From Candidatus Latescibacterota bacterium (GTDB lineage: Bacteria; Latescibacterota; UBA2968; UBA8231): a stretch of 64,000 nucleotides of DNA. The notes under the pieces were generated by a model, which saw only the letters and a list, made by a program, of their open reading frames with translations, was not told the origin of the DNA and searched no databases. Positions 9,884 through 19,915 of this stretch are shown piece after piece (within the stretch, counting starts at the first letter, position 1; each line of letters opens with the position of its first letter). Where the stretch lies: assembly GCA_965208105.1 (NCBI GenBank), contig OZ242318.1, forward strand, positions 2,016,001 to 2,080,000, given 5' to 3'. The position numbers and the translations under genes are program-made.

Positions 9884-9971
9884 CGGCTAACTGCCTGTAT
9901 TCGAACCCACGAAGTGGGTTGCCGAGGGCCAAGGCGCGTAGCGCCGCAGCGCAACACCGTGCTGTCAGCCG
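9884..9971 (-). repeat. attC-like site 13 with attI-like left arm
   Basis: ctaactgcctgtattcgaacc matches 45046-45066 except one base; ends gtcagccg. Confidence 0.8.
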
Positions 9972-9979
9972 TTGGCGGG

Positions 9980-10750
9980 TCAATCCTGTGCCTTTCGATA
10001 GTAGTCGATCGGACCTCTGAACTCGAACGTTGCCTCTTTTAACGGAAAGTATGCGGGAACTTCACTATCTAACCATGCAGAAACCGATTCGAGGGACTCT
10101 TTTCCTTCCTCCACCGCGGCAATCACGTTCGTTTGGCTCAGGAGGTACTCGATGAGATGTGAGGATGTAAACGTGACATCGTTCTCGTACTTCTCGGAGC
10201 CCAACAAGAGAAATCCCTCCTCTTGGGCTTCTTCTTCCGTGAACTGAGTCATGTTCCGTGGCGGAGATGGATACCTCTTGAGATGAGTACCGTGAATCCA
10301 GTCGTGGAATTTCGGATTTTCCTTCATGTTGCCGGTGAACGTGTTGTTGTAGATGACCATGGGCGACGATTGCCGTAAAACCCGTCGTGCTTCTGCCAAG
10401 AAGGGTGGTCGATCGAACCAATGGAATGCGCAGGCCGCGGTAATGAGATCGACACAGTCTCCGTCGATCGGAATGTCGTCGGCGGACGCCACGTGATAGA
10501 TTATCTTTTCATCCAGTTCTGCGAGAGCTATCATCTCTGGGGATCGATCAATTGCGACGATTTTGGTGGCGACTTCTCGCAGTGCGATGCTCGACTGACC
10601 AGTGCCGCAAGCTACATCCAAGGCTGTGCCGACCGGTCTATCGATGCCCAGGAATGCCTTGATGCGGCTGATTACGACTGGATGGAAATAGGGCCGGGCA
10701 TCCCTGTATCTTTTGGCTGCGCTTTTATGATCGAAGTAACCGGGACTCAA
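9980..10750 (-). CDS. Class I SAM-dependent methyltransferase, cassette
   Basis: YRDARPYF, ALDVACGTG, AFHWFD. Confidence 0.88.
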   Translation of the reverse strand: MSPGYFDHKSAAKRYRDARPYFHPVVISRIKAFLGIDRPVGTALDVACGTGQSSIALREVATKIVAIDRSPEMIALAELDEKIIYHVASADDIPIDGDCVDLITAACAFHWFDRPPFLAEARRVLRQSSPMVIYNNTFTGNMKENPKFHDWIHGTHLKRYPSPPRNMTQFTEEEAQEEGFLLLGSEKYENDVTFTSSHLIEYLLSQTNVIAAVEEGKESLESVSAWLDSEVPAYFPLKEATFEFRGPIDYYRKAQD

Positions 10751-10777
10751 CTGAAACCTCCAATACGAACCCGCTTA

Positions 10778-10865
10778 CGGCTAACGGCTGGCCATTCACG
10801 AAGCCGCGTAGCGGCTTTCAGCGAAGGGGCGTATGCCCCGAAGCCGTGAATGGGCTTGTTAGGTG
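10778..10865 (-). repeat. attC-like site 14
   Basis: cggctaac...ccattcacg/cgtgaatgg...gttaggtg. Confidence 0.85.
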
Positions 10866-11560
10866 TCGTCGCAACGTTCTATCATGGCCCTACAGTGGCC
10901 CTCAAGATGGCGAAGATCGTCCTGATCCAGACTGCAATCGCTGCTGCAGACATACGAATCAAGATCCATTTGAATCAGTTGATGAAAACGGGCATCCAAT
11001 ACTCTCAAGCCCCATTCGCCGGCCTCTATCTTAGTGCAGAGATGACATTCCACCAGGGTAAATGCAACTCGGCAAAACATCAACGCAGGATTCTTGAATT
11101 TGGTTCGTATCTGCGGAACTACGTGCCGAATGCACTGCCGCAGTAAAGGCCACGGAACGCGTTTCAGAATCCTGTTGTGAGGTGTACCGAGAAGATCCCT
11201 CCCTGATTCAAAAATATCTTGCCTGAATAAAAGAAAATCTTTGCTACCATCAGGCTTGAGGATAATTGTATTGTTCATCTTGAGAAGGAAATCAACAGGA
11301 GTGGGGAAAACGTCGGCATTGATATGGTCTATCGTTGCTGCTGTTATGTCGTAAGACAGAGACTGTGATTTTACGAGTTCCAGGAGATGTACCCTTTTCT
11401 CCGACGGAGTGAGACGCTTCGTGGCAAGAAGAAGGTCAACATCACTCGTCTCAGGGTTGCCAAATTCCCGAGCGCGTGAGCCACCCATCCAAACCGATTC
11501 CAGTTCTCCTTCGTAAATCTCACCGAGTCCCTCCACAAAGCCATCTATTGCACTTCTCAT
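10859..11560 (-). CDS. Nucleotidyltransferase, AadA/DUF4111-like, cassette
   Basis: GGSRA...SDVDLL NTase motif; C-terminal TKIEAGEW. Confidence 0.72.
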   Translation of the reverse strand: MRSAIDGFVEGLGEIYEGELESVWMGGSRAREFGNPETSDVDLLLATKRLTPSEKRVHLLELVKSQSLSYDITAATIDHINADVFPTPVDFLLKMNNTIILKPDGSKDFLLFRQDIFESGRDLLGTPHNRILKRVPWPLLRQCIRHVVPQIRTKFKNPALMFCRVAFTLVECHLCTKIEAGEWGLRVLDARFHQLIQMDLDSYVCSSDCSLDQDDLRHLEGHCRAMIERCDDT

Positions 11561-11673
11561 AGCAAGAAATTCCGGGGAGAAATAAATCGGGCTCCTGTCC
11601 GACCTCTATCTAACATCGAGGAAGCATATCCTGGAGTGATGTCAATAAGGCCAGCTTCACTCATATGCGATGA

Positions 11674-11754
11674 CACCAAACGTTCAGTGGCTCACGAACC
11701 CGCGATATCGGGTTTGTGCGGAGCGAAGCGGAGCCGTGAGCCACATGTTATGCG
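11674..11754 (-). repeat. attC-like site 15
   Basis: caccaaac...gtggctcacg/cgtgagccac...gttatgcg. Confidence 0.82.
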
Positions 11755-11798
11755 CATGTGAGGTTATCTGGACCCGCCAAACACGAGGGGGACGAAGC

Positions 11799-12578
11799 TT
11801 AGCATCCGTCTTTTTGAAGCACAATCTGCCGGAAGCCCCATTCTATCTGAGTGGTTCCCCCGCCCTCAGAGACAATTGCTTCCAACTCACGTTCCAGCGC
11901 TCCAATTTCTTGCTCCCCATAGTTCGCTTGAATGAAAGGCTCATTCTTCCACGACTGGATGTTCAAGGTAAACATAGTCGCTGCCTGGAAGTTGGACACG
12001 CCTATACGTGCGACGTTACTTGTGGCCTTGTCCAAGCCGTCGGGAATGTCCATCTTTTCCAGCGTAGGTCCGACACAAAGTTGGGTAGATTGGTCGGCCA
12101 AAAGAGCCTCCACAATACCGACATACTTGGAGAAAACGTGGTGACTGGTTTCAATCCATTCAACTTCTTCCAACAGCAAGAGCCCATTGTGTACCATCTG
12201 GCTGGCCCAATTTCGGATTACTTTTCTCGGCTCTCTAAAATGCGTCAGCAAGAGCCGGCAGAATAGGAAATTGGCAGCCCCGACGGGAAATGGAACCACA
12301 GTTATATCGTGCAGTTGAAACGATACCCTATCGGTCTCTCCCTCTTTGGCGAGGGAGATGAAGCGGTCTGAATTGTCAAGGCCAACGATCTTATCCGCGT
12401 GCGTCGCTTCTGCGAGCATATGTGTCGAGTATCCGGGACCGCATCCCAAATCTAAGGCTAGCTGAGGACGGTTTCTGAGAGATCTCAGGATGAATTCTCG
12501 GGACGAGGCTGCGTATACTTCGGCCAGATACTTAAGGCGCCTAGCAGCCAGATCCGTGTCCGTGAATTGGTATTTCAC
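11799..12578 (-). CDS. Class I SAM-dependent methyltransferase, cassette
   Basis: LDLGCGPG, VGLDNS. Confidence 0.88.
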   Translation of the reverse strand: MKYQFTDTDLAARRLKYLAEVYAASSREFILRSLRNRPQLALDLGCGPGYSTHMLAEATHADKIVGLDNSDRFISLAKEGETDRVSFQLHDITVVPFPVGAANFLFCRLLLTHFREPRKVIRNWASQMVHNGLLLLEEVEWIETSHHVFSKYVGIVEALLADQSTQLCVGPTLEKMDIPDGLDKATSNVARIGVSNFQAATMFTLNIQSWKNEPFIQANYGEQEIGALERELEAIVSEGGGTTQIEWGFRQIVLQKDGC

Positions 12579-12668
12579 TGTGCTTATGGTCTTTCTGAAC
12601 TCAATGTCCCAACTGTAATCCCTTCGTTCCCTCTCTCCTACCGCCCTATTTTCCCGATACCACCATTG

Positions 12669-12753
12669 CGCATAACGTTCTCGCCGTGCCCGAACCGCGA
12701 ATGCGGTTGCGTGAAGGGCGCATTCCCGAAGCCGGGCACGGACGTGTTATGCG
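12669..12753 (-). repeat. attC-like site 16 (prototype)
   Basis: cgcataac gttctcg ccgtgcccg aaccgcgaatgcggtt ... cgggcacgg acgt gttatgcg. Confidence 0.9.
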
Positions 12754-12781
12754 GAGCTGGTGACGTCCAGCCTCGAGCTAC

Positions 12782-13690
12782 CTATGCAGGTGTGTAGTTG
12801 AAATAGCTATAGGTCAAGTCAACGACCTGAAATCCCGTATTGCTGTAAAGCAACTGAGCTCGATAGTTATCAAACCGGGTGTTTAGAATTGCGTTTTCGT
12901 ATCCGCACTTGTGTAGTTCATGCAGTGATCTTCTTAGGAGAAAAGCACCCACTCCTTTTGACCGGTCGGCTTTGGATACGTTTAGACTTGCAATGTAGGC
13001 ACACTTCTGAGCTGCTGGTGCATGAATCTGCATACCCGCCGAGAAGCATTGTATTTCGGCCACCGTCTTGCTATCTCGGCAAAGCTGGATATTCAGACTG
13101 GGCAGGTTGCTTTCTCCATTCGACGTCCTTACAAGTTCTTCCAATCTTGAAACGATTCCAGGGGGCTTCGGAACAGAGTCAGTCTCTACCAGACTGCGAT
13201 TCATGAAATACCACCCAGAGTACTTTTTATATCCGTTTGCACCGAATAGTCCGTGAACATGAGCCAATCGGTCAGACAAACTGGGCACGTCAAAGCGATA
13301 AAAAGAGTAGATCTTCGGAAAAAATGCCTGTATCCGGTCAAAACCCAATTCTCCGAAGTAATTTTCGGCGGCTTCGAGGATCAGCTGACCCAGTTTGCGA
13401 TGGCCGGGCTTGTAAGAAAGAAAACGAATCAATCCCGCGTCCGGGCTACCCTTTCTCTTTTCTTTTAGTCCTGCAAGGTGCGCGAAACCGACGATTCTGC
13501 TGTCTGTAAGCCCAACGATAAGCTTCTCAGAGTAGAGATCGTAGTCCGAAGCTTCTTTTTCCCAACTCCACACGTCACGTCTGAGTTCCTCACCCGTTAC
13601 CGGATAACAAAACGGTATACTAGCAACTTGCTGGTTGTAGGATTCAGCAAGCTGCGCAATGTCGTTGATGTGCCATAGCGATATTTCCAT
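12782..13690 (-). CDS. Tandem-domain GNAT acetyltransferase, cassette
   Basis: HRKLGQLILE and DRSKGVGAFLL motif A; NYRAQLLYSNTGF. Confidence 0.8.
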   Translation of the reverse strand: MEISLWHINDIAQLAESYNQQVASIPFCYPVTGEELRRDVWSWEKEASDYDLYSEKLIVGLTDSRIVGFAHLAGLKEKRKGSPDAGLIRFLSYKPGHRKLGQLILEAAENYFGELGFDRIQAFFPKIYSFYRFDVPSLSDRLAHVHGLFGANGYKKYSGWYFMNRSLVETDSVPKPPGIVSRLEELVRTSNGESNLPSLNIQLCRDSKTVAEIQCFSAGMQIHAPAAQKCAYIASLNVSKADRSKGVGAFLLRRSLHELHKCGYENAILNTRFDNYRAQLLYSNTGFQVVDLTYSYFNYTPA

Positions 13691-13796
13691 TAGGCCTTCA
13701 AATCCTAGCTTCCATCAAAAACCCAATGCCGAGTTTCGAGACCCGCCGAAAGTAGAAGCGATCTCTTGCCCAAACCGATCCTCAGGACGACAGTTT

Positions 13797-13881
13797 CGCA
13801 TAACGATTTCGCCGTGCCCGAACCGCGAAGCGGTTGCGCGAGGCGGCCTGGCGCCGAAGCCGGGCACGGACGTGTTATGGG
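13797..13881 (-). repeat. attC-like site 17
   Basis: cgcataac...gttatggg. Confidence 0.88.
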
Positions 13882-14279
13882 CCTGTGCCTCGCTTGATTG
13901 CCCGCGCACATCGCCGCTCTACAGAAAAGCGAATTCCGTCGTATTCGCTCTTTGGCCGATAGCCTCCAAGGGAATCTGCCTCCTCGAGGCAACGCAAAGC
14001 CTTCTTCGGTTCGCCCGTTTTGGAAAGTGGACTCGCAAGCCAAGTCCATGCCCGTGCTGCCTTTGCAGTTGGCAAACCAAGCTCAAGTGCTTTCCTGTAA
14101 GCCGGTATCGCATCGACCTCCTATCCCCGATTGTCCCTCGTTACAGCGAGCCAATACCAGGCATCCGACGAATCCGGTTCGGCAGCGACTGCGGATTCGA
14201 ATTGATCAATCGCAGCTTTCCACCGACGAGCATCTCGAAGCCTAAGTCCCTCTTTCAGAGGGAGTGCCGCCGACCCCAT
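13875..14279 (-). pseudogene. TPR-repeat protein with in-frame TAG (14121-14123)
   Basis: MGSAALPLKEGLRLRDARRWKAAIDQFESAVAAEPDSSDAWYWLA...RG*EVDAIPAYRKALEL. Confidence 0.75.
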
Positions 14280-14336
14280 TGAAGGCCCCTTTCTTTACCA
14301 AGTCCCCGATAGCTCGCCAACTCAATAGAAGCATGG

Positions 14337-14408
14337 CCTATAACGCTTTCCGGTTGCCGAAGGCCAAGGCGCCCGAGGGCGCCGCAGCGGCAACCGCGCT
14401 GTTATCGG
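14337..14408 (-). repeat. attC-like site 18 (short, single inner hairpin)
   Basis: cctataac...cggttgccg/cggcaaccg...gttatcgg. Confidence 0.85.
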
Positions 14409-14436
14409 CTGTCGCGTCTGGGCTCCTTTTGGATAT

Positions 14437-15438
14437 TCAATGTGCGATACGATCGATCCAATCACCTACATGCTCGAGAGCAATCAATGATATACGCTCT
14501 CCAAGCTCTGCATACTCCGCTGGTGATCCCGTTTTCGCAAGTTGCAAGCGATGGTTTAGACCGGGCAAATCGGCGATCTGACAATTGACCCTCGTCTCTC
14601 GCAATATTCTGAGAAGGGCTTTCTTGTTCTGAGGTGGCAGGACTTGCCAGTCCTTTTCAGCGTACAAGGCGAGCAGCGGGCACCGAATCTTCTTGAGATC
14701 ACTGGATGGTGCATAGTCCGGAAGAAATCTGAACCAGGGAGACCGAAGCTCCGCAACGAACTCCTCATCTAAGGAACGTTCCACCTCGGAACGCAAGCCT
14801 GAAACTGCGTCGAGGATCTCAGCGTTGGTTTTGTTTTGCCGAACGCCGTTGACAACAAGAGCCAGGTAGCGTCGCTCATTTTCGAGCTGCCGGTCACTTG
14901 CCCCTTCATGCTTGAGATGCAACTCCTTTTGCAATTGCAGCGTCTCCTCGATTCCGACTACTGGATACGCCAGTAGGACTGCGAAGGAAACATCTTGCCT
15001 CCGTGCTGCAACCATAACCGCAACCAACGACCCCTCACTGTGACCAATTAACCCGACGCGATTTGGTCTAACGCGCTCGTCTTGACGAAGCAAATCAAAT
15101 CCTGCCGCCACATCGTTTGCAAGATCCCGTGTTGTTGCCTCTTCCAAATTACCTGACGACTTCCCAGTACCTCGCTTGTCGGCTCTCAGGACAGCCCAAC
15201 CACGACCTGCGAGATACTGGGATGTGGCAACGAGCATGGGTTCGTCTCGTGTTTGCGGACCGTCTCCGCCAATTAAGATGACTGCGGGATGGGGTCCATT
15301 TGATTTGGGAAGCTGAAGACTTGCGGACAGTTCAATACCGTCCGCAGGATTCATGAAGGACACTTCAAGGACGTTCGCGACAGCTTGGTCTCCCATGCTG
15401 CCCACTGCGAACGCTACCAAGATTCCCATCACACTCAA
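14437..15438 (-). CDS. Alpha/beta hydrolase (peptidase S9/S15-like), possibly secreted, cassette
   Basis: GPHPAVILIGG.GP, DKRGTGKS, GHSEGS, LNH. Confidence 0.85.
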   Translation of the reverse strand: MSVMGILVAFAVGSMGDQAVANVLEVSFMNPADGIELSASLQLPKSNGPHPAVILIGGDGPQTRDEPMLVATSQYLAGRGWAVLRADKRGTGKSSGNLEEATTRDLANDVAAGFDLLRQDERVRPNRVGLIGHSEGSLVAVMVAARRQDVSFAVLLAYPVVGIEETLQLQKELHLKHEGASDRQLENERRYLALVVNGVRQNKTNAEILDAVSGLRSEVERSLDEEFVAELRSPWFRFLPDYAPSSDLKKIRCPLLALYAEKDWQVLPPQNKKALLRILRETRVNCQIADLPGLNHRLQLAKTGSPAEYAELGERISLIALEHVGDWIDRIAH

Positions 15439-15465
15439 AATACGGAACTCCGCATTACGCGATTG

Positions 15466-15549
15466 CCGATAACGTTTTCGTGCCCCCGAAACGCAAAGCG
15501 GTTGGGCGAAGGGCCGAACGGCCCGAAGCCGGAGACCCGGTGTTACCTG
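15466..15549 (-). repeat. attC-like site 19
   Basis: ccgataac...gttacctg. Confidence 0.82.
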
Positions 15550-15584
15550 GAGTTGTGGCCTGGGGGCGAGCGGTTGAAGGAGCC

Positions 15585-15899
15585 CTATACTTTAAGCCCT
15601 ATGTCACGTGGCTCAATCGCCTCTAGTTCTTCGGCCTCAGATCGGGTGGCATGATACAGATCCCAGCGAAGTTGGAGATTCAGCCAAAACGCGGGCGACA
15701 CATCGAAATATCTCGCTAGACGCAGGGCTGTGCTCGGAGTAATACCACGTCTACCGTTTACCAGTTCGTTGACCCTTTGATAGGGAACATGAATGGCGGC
15801 AGCCAATTCGCGCTGCGTTAAATTTAGAGGATTCAGAAATTCCTCCAATAGCATCTCACCCGGATGAGTCGGAACACGATCTGTTGGAATACGCACCAT
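15585..15899 (-). CDS. higA: HigA-family antitoxin (XRE HTH)
   Basis: PTHPGEMLLEEFL...ITPSTALRLARYF..SPAFWLNLQ. Confidence 0.92.
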   Translation of the reverse strand: MVRIPTDRVPTHPGEMLLEEFLNPLNLTQRELAAAIHVPYQRVNELVNGRRGITPSTALRLARYFDVSPAFWLNLQLRWDLYHATRSEAEELEAIEPRDIGLKV

Positions 15900-16215
15900 G
15901 ATCGACACCTCTCGTTAGTCGTTCGTGATAGTCGACAATCTCGACATCCTTAGGACCAGCATCCGACCATACAAAGCAAATTCGGTATTGGTCATTGATC
16001 CGGAAACTGTGTTGTCCAGACCGCCTGCCCCGCAAGACCTCGAGATGATTACCAGGTGGACTGTGTAGATCGCGCAGCTCATCAGCCGAGTCCAGTTGTT
16101 CGAGCTTTCGTGCAGCTACAGTCCACAATTGCGATGGACAAGTGCCACGTGCGGCGCGTGTGTCCCGTCCATTGAAGATATCCTCTGCGCCGGCACGCCG
16201 AAACGATTGAATCAT
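15856..16215 (-). CDS. higB: HigB (RelE/ParE-like) toxin, C-terminally extended
   Basis: MIQSF...PPGNHLE.L.G.R.GQHSFRINDQYRICFVW....DVEIVDYH; toxin upstream of antitoxin. Confidence 0.9.
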   Translation of the reverse strand: MIQSFRRAGAEDIFNGRDTRAARGTCPSQLWTVAARKLEQLDSADELRDLHSPPGNHLEVLRGRRSGQHSFRINDQYRICFVWSDAGPKDVEIVDYHERLTRGVDHGAYSNRSCSDSSG

Positions 16216-16221
16216 GATAGC

Positions 16222-16250
16222 ATAATAACACGGAATCCATGCTAGGTCAA
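16222..16250 (-). promoter_or_regulatory. sigma70-type promoter of higBA (leaderless), flanked by TAGCAT/ATGCTA inverted repeat
   Basis: TTGACC-17 bp-TATTAT, ATG 6 nt downstream. Confidence 0.7.
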
Positions 16251-16310
16251 TGTATCAGACTACATTCGCGGTTGGTGTTTTCAGATGACCATGCAGCCCG
16301 GCCACAATTT

Positions 16311-16400
16311 CAGGTAACGTTCCGCCGGTTTGCGAACCGCGAAGCGGTTGCTGATGGCCAAGGCGGCAAGGCCGCCACAGCGGAAACCGGATGTTACCTG
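16311..16400 (-). repeat. attC-like site 20
   Basis: caggtaac...ccggttt/aaaccgg...gttacctg. Confidence 0.87.
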
Positions 16401-16444
16401 CCGTCACAGCCGGGGATTCCGAAAATCGAAGGTCAATGGCCCGA

Positions 16445-17458
16445 CTAATCCAGTTTCATCGACATCCCGCCAAACCCCAAATACCAGTATCGGTATCCTA
16501 CAGAATGAAGAATCGACCGAACAGGGCTATGGACACTTGACACTTCGTAACCGCACTCGGCGCCTTGCCGAACCATTTCTGCTACAGCATGATGGTAGAG
16601 GACTTTCCCAATACCGCGTCTACGGAAACCCGGCACGACATAGAGACCGCATACCCTTGCCATCACTTCACGTTGCTGCCGGTCAGGCTCAACGTGTCCG
16701 AGCCACCCTACCAGATCTTCATCTACCAACGCAGCAAAGGTCGTCTGTGTAGTTGGCACCAGATCAGCCGGTGGACCTCCCGTATCCATGCGCCTTAGAC
16801 TACCAAGTTCGTCCACCGTGCAAGATCTGACAGTGATACCCTCGGCGCCGAGAAACTCGATCATCTGCCGGATCTCGGACGACAGCCCGAAACCTTCCAG
16901 AGATCCACCCATGAAGACCTCATATCCCGCGTCCGTGTAAATCCATGACCTTCCTTCCTCGACCAGAGTTTGCTCCCAATTCTCTTCCCACGAGAACCCC
17001 GCTTCGAGAACAGCCATGTGGATTGGAGATTCGACCTCCACCGCTCCGCTGGGGCCTACCAGGGCCTTCTTGAGCCCGAATCCACGGAAAGATTTAAGAG
17101 CTTCGCCCAGGAGAGCATCCGCGATTTGCTGCCCTGTGTGATCTTTGTGCATAAACGCAGATAGGATATACCCAACAAGCTCTTCCCTGTTTACCGAACA
17201 GATAAGGATGCCAACAGGCACATCCCCCCTTCGGGCTACAATTACTGTTTCTGGAAATACCTCGCCTCTCCACTGTGAAACGGCCCGACCCTCAAGTGCT
17301 TCTTCCATATAAGACGTAAACGTATGGAGACCAACCGAGGCCACATTTGGATGCTCGTACCCATCGGGACGGATCACGTATGGCCTTTTTCCATAGAGTT
17401 GCCACCAGAATTCAGCACATTCGTCAGATATGCTTTCGCGATATTTAACCAAAGTCAT
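16445..17458 (-). CDS. Tandem-domain GNAT acetyltransferase, cassette
   Basis: GLYVVPGFRRRGIGKVL. Confidence 0.78.
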   Translation of the reverse strand: MTLVKYRESISDECAEFWWQLYGKRPYVIRPDGYEHPNVASVGLHTFTSYMEEALEGRAVSQWRGEVFPETVIVARRGDVPVGILICSVNREELVGYILSAFMHKDHTGQQIADALLGEALKSFRGFGLKKALVGPSGAVEVESPIHMAVLEAGFSWEENWEQTLVEEGRSWIYTDAGYEVFMGGSLEGFGLSSEIRQMIEFLGAEGITVRSCTVDELGSLRRMDTGGPPADLVPTTQTTFAALVDEDLVGWLGHVEPDRQQREVMARVCGLYVVPGFRRRGIGKVLYHHAVAEMVRQGAECGYEVSSVHSPVRSILHSVGYRYWYLGFGGMSMKLD

Positions 17459-17528
17459 TGAAAGACCTCCACGATTGAACAGGTCCTGACTTCACAAGAT
17501 GTCCCTCCCCCCGGACGGGGCTTAATGG

Positions 17529-17613
17529 CAGGTAACGTCTTCGCCGTGCCCGAACCGCGAATGCAGTTGCGCGAAGGGCGAATGCCCGAACCCGGGCACG
17601 GACGTGTTAGGCG
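17529..17613 (-). repeat. attC-like site 21
   Basis: caggtaac...gttaggcg. Confidence 0.88.
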
Positions 17614-17624
17614 TAGTGCACCCT

Positions 17625-18034
17625 CTAGCGATAATGCCTGACTTTTGGATCTCGAAATCTCATCGCCGAGGTATGCCATAGATTGAAACCGATTCCTCCA
17701 CTGTTGTATGAGTCATCAGTAAGCCGGTTTACCAGATGCCCATCAATGTAGCTTGTCAGCGATTGGCCCCGAGCAGCGATCACGATTTCGTATTCGCGGC
17801 CAATTTCAGTGGGAAAATCAATCACATCAAGCCAGATAACCCCGCCTGTATCCGGACCCCGCTTGCTGATAGCGACCGATAGCGGTGTCCAGAAGTCCAG
17901 CATATAGAAAGACTTGCCTCGCGCAGCAGGGACTCCCATTCGAAGGGCTGCTCCGATTCGTGGTGGACGGCAGCTGCTGGTATGGCAAAAGCCAGCAGAC
18001 CCACGGCCAACAGTGTTCCCCATTCGAATGTCAT
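17625..18034 (-). pseudogene. Secreted ConA-like/DUF1080-type protein remnant, frameshifted or internally deleted
   Basis: Signal peptide MTFEWGTLLAVGLLAFAIPAAA in one frame; C-terminal G.EYEIVI.ARG..LTSYIDG.LV...D.SY.SGGIG in another. Confidence 0.6.
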
Positions 18035-18056
18035 GATGCCCTCCATCTGTGCATTA

Positions 18057-18138
18057 CGCCTTGTTCTCGCCGTGCCCGAACCGCGAATGCGGTTGCGCGA
18101 AGGGCATAGCCCGAAGCCGGGCACGGACGTGTTATAGG
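18057..18138 (-). repeat. attC-like site 22 (AAC core deleted)
   Basis: cgccttgttctcgccgtgcccg...gttatagg. Confidence 0.82.
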
Positions 18139-18181
18139 AAATGCCAGCTGGTGCGCCGAAGTAATTCTCAGAGGATTAAGC

Positions 18182-18754
18182 CTAACTCCTAATCTGGATT
18201 TCCCAGTTCGATCTGGCCATAACATAGATCGCGCCCTCCCACCACTTATCAGACCGGAGTAGGCACTTCTCCCTGATTTCGGCCAGCCTGAATCCAAGAC
18301 GTTCAGGTATTGCCCGACTTGCCTGGTTGACAGTCGCAGCGCAGACCGTCACTGTGCCCAAACGTAGCTCCGTAAATGCGATATCAAGTAGTGACTTGCA
18401 GCACTTGGTTATGATCCCCTTTCCTCTGTAGGATTTAAAGAGCCAGTAGCCAAGGTCCCCAGTATCTCCGACTTTGATTCCAGAAATCCGACATGTTCCA
18501 GCGACTTTCCCTCCTAGTTCGACCGCCCCTCCGAGCCGGGTGGAGGTCTTCAGGGCTTCGTTCACACGATAAATCTCCGCATGGAGGTCCGCAATGTTTT
18601 CCATCGTGTTGATCGAATGAATCCAAAATAAGTCATCTTTCTCATTTTCGATCAGGTGATATAACTTGGCAACATCAGTCTTGGAATAGGGCCTGATGCA
18701 CAGCCCATCCTCGACTTGAATGGTTTGCGTGCAATCGTATGTAGTCGCGGCCAT
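18182..18754 (-). CDS. RimJ/RimL-family GNAT acetyltransferase, cassette
   Basis: LGYWLFKSYRGKGIIT, NQASRAIPERLGF. Confidence 0.9.
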   Translation of the reverse strand: MAATTYDCTQTIQVEDGLCIRPYSKTDVAKLYHLIENEKDDLFWIHSINTMENIADLHAEIYRVNEALKTSTRLGGAVELGGKVAGTCRISGIKVGDTGDLGYWLFKSYRGKGIITKCCKSLLDIAFTELRLGTVTVCAATVNQASRAIPERLGFRLAEIREKCLLRSDKWWEGAIYVMARSNWEIQIRS

Positions 18755-18810
18755 GAGATCCCCTCAGTCAGGAGGTTTTAAAAGATCGCATATGTCCAAA
18801 ATTTGGCTTT

Positions 18811-18894
18811 CCTATAACGTTTTTTGGCTACCCGACCTGCTCAGCAGGTCCCGAAGGGCCGGGCGAAGCCCGAGCGGGTAGACGATGTTAGGCG
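18811..18894 (-). repeat. attC-like site 23
   Basis: cctataac...ctacccg/cgggtag...gttaggcg. Confidence 0.83.
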
Positions 18895-18944
18895 ACGTGA
18901 GATTTTACTTTCATAAACCACAGTGATCAAAGACCTCTCAAAAT

Positions 18945-19676
18945 CTATTCATAAAACTGAAGAAATACAGATAGCGGCGCTTCCAAGGCCAGAATGGGGC
19001 AGGGGAAGGCACGTTGCAGGTCCGAAAAGGCCTCTACCTCAGGTGCGTTTATCGAATGCAGAAATTGATCGACTAGGTCGCGCTTTACTTCGCCTTCATG
19101 ATTAAGGAATTGCCCCCAGTTACCATAATACTTCAGTTCCTTCAAGGGCGCCGATGTCGCCGTGTCCAAGTAGGACGGTGGGAAAAGCCGGCGGTAGGCC
19201 TCAATGCTGTAGAGCCAGGAACATCCAACCACTGTACGAGCATTCGGCACTTGCTTGCTGATGTGATCAATGAGGGCGTCCAACTCCGACTTGCGGACCG
19301 AGGATCGGACTATCGACAGCGGCCCATGTCCTGACGTGTCGCTGTTGCGAAAGTGCAGGCGTATTCTGCCACCGTCCCGCACCTCATAGCGGAAACAGCC
19401 AAATGTGGGCTCGTCCGAGGAGGTATTGGACGAATCTCTCTCCCGATTTTTGAGATATATCTCATAGATGCACGCAAGCGGGTCGGCCGCCGTCTCGATG
19501 GTTTTGCAATAATCGGTCCAGCGTCCCTCATCTTTCGAGTCTTATTCGGCAATCCCCAGACGCAGCGGAATGTTGGTCCACTCCTTTAGGACCGTGGCTA
19601 TAGGCCCGTGTATAATCCGGGCGACTACTAGACCGAAAGCGTAGTTCACCTCAAAGTATTCGATTGGTAGTGCCAT
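18945..19676 (-). pseudogene. Hypothetical protein with in-frame TAA (19542-19544)
   Basis: ATG 19676 (MALPIEYFEVNYAFG...) is in frame with track ORF 18945..19382, with one stop between. Confidence 0.7.
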
Positions 19677-19794
19677 CTGCTATTTCTGTTTTTCAGGAAG
19701 TCAGAAAAAATGGCGATTCGGTGTCTCACTTCAATTCACACCTTACCTTCATTTCACCAGATCCCCTCAAAGAAATCCACCGCTTTTTTCATGT

Positions 19795-19886
19795 TGCCAA
19801 ACGTTATGCCGGTTGCCGAACTCGCGAAGCGAGTTGCCGTAGGCCAGGGAGCACCTGCGCCGAAGCGGCAAACATGCTGTTAGCCG
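19795..19886 (-). repeat. attC-like site 24
   Basis: tgccaaac...ttgccg/cggcaa...gttagccg. Confidence 0.8.
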
Positions 19887-19915
19887 ACGTTGGTCGACTC
19901 TTCCTTGAAATGGCC

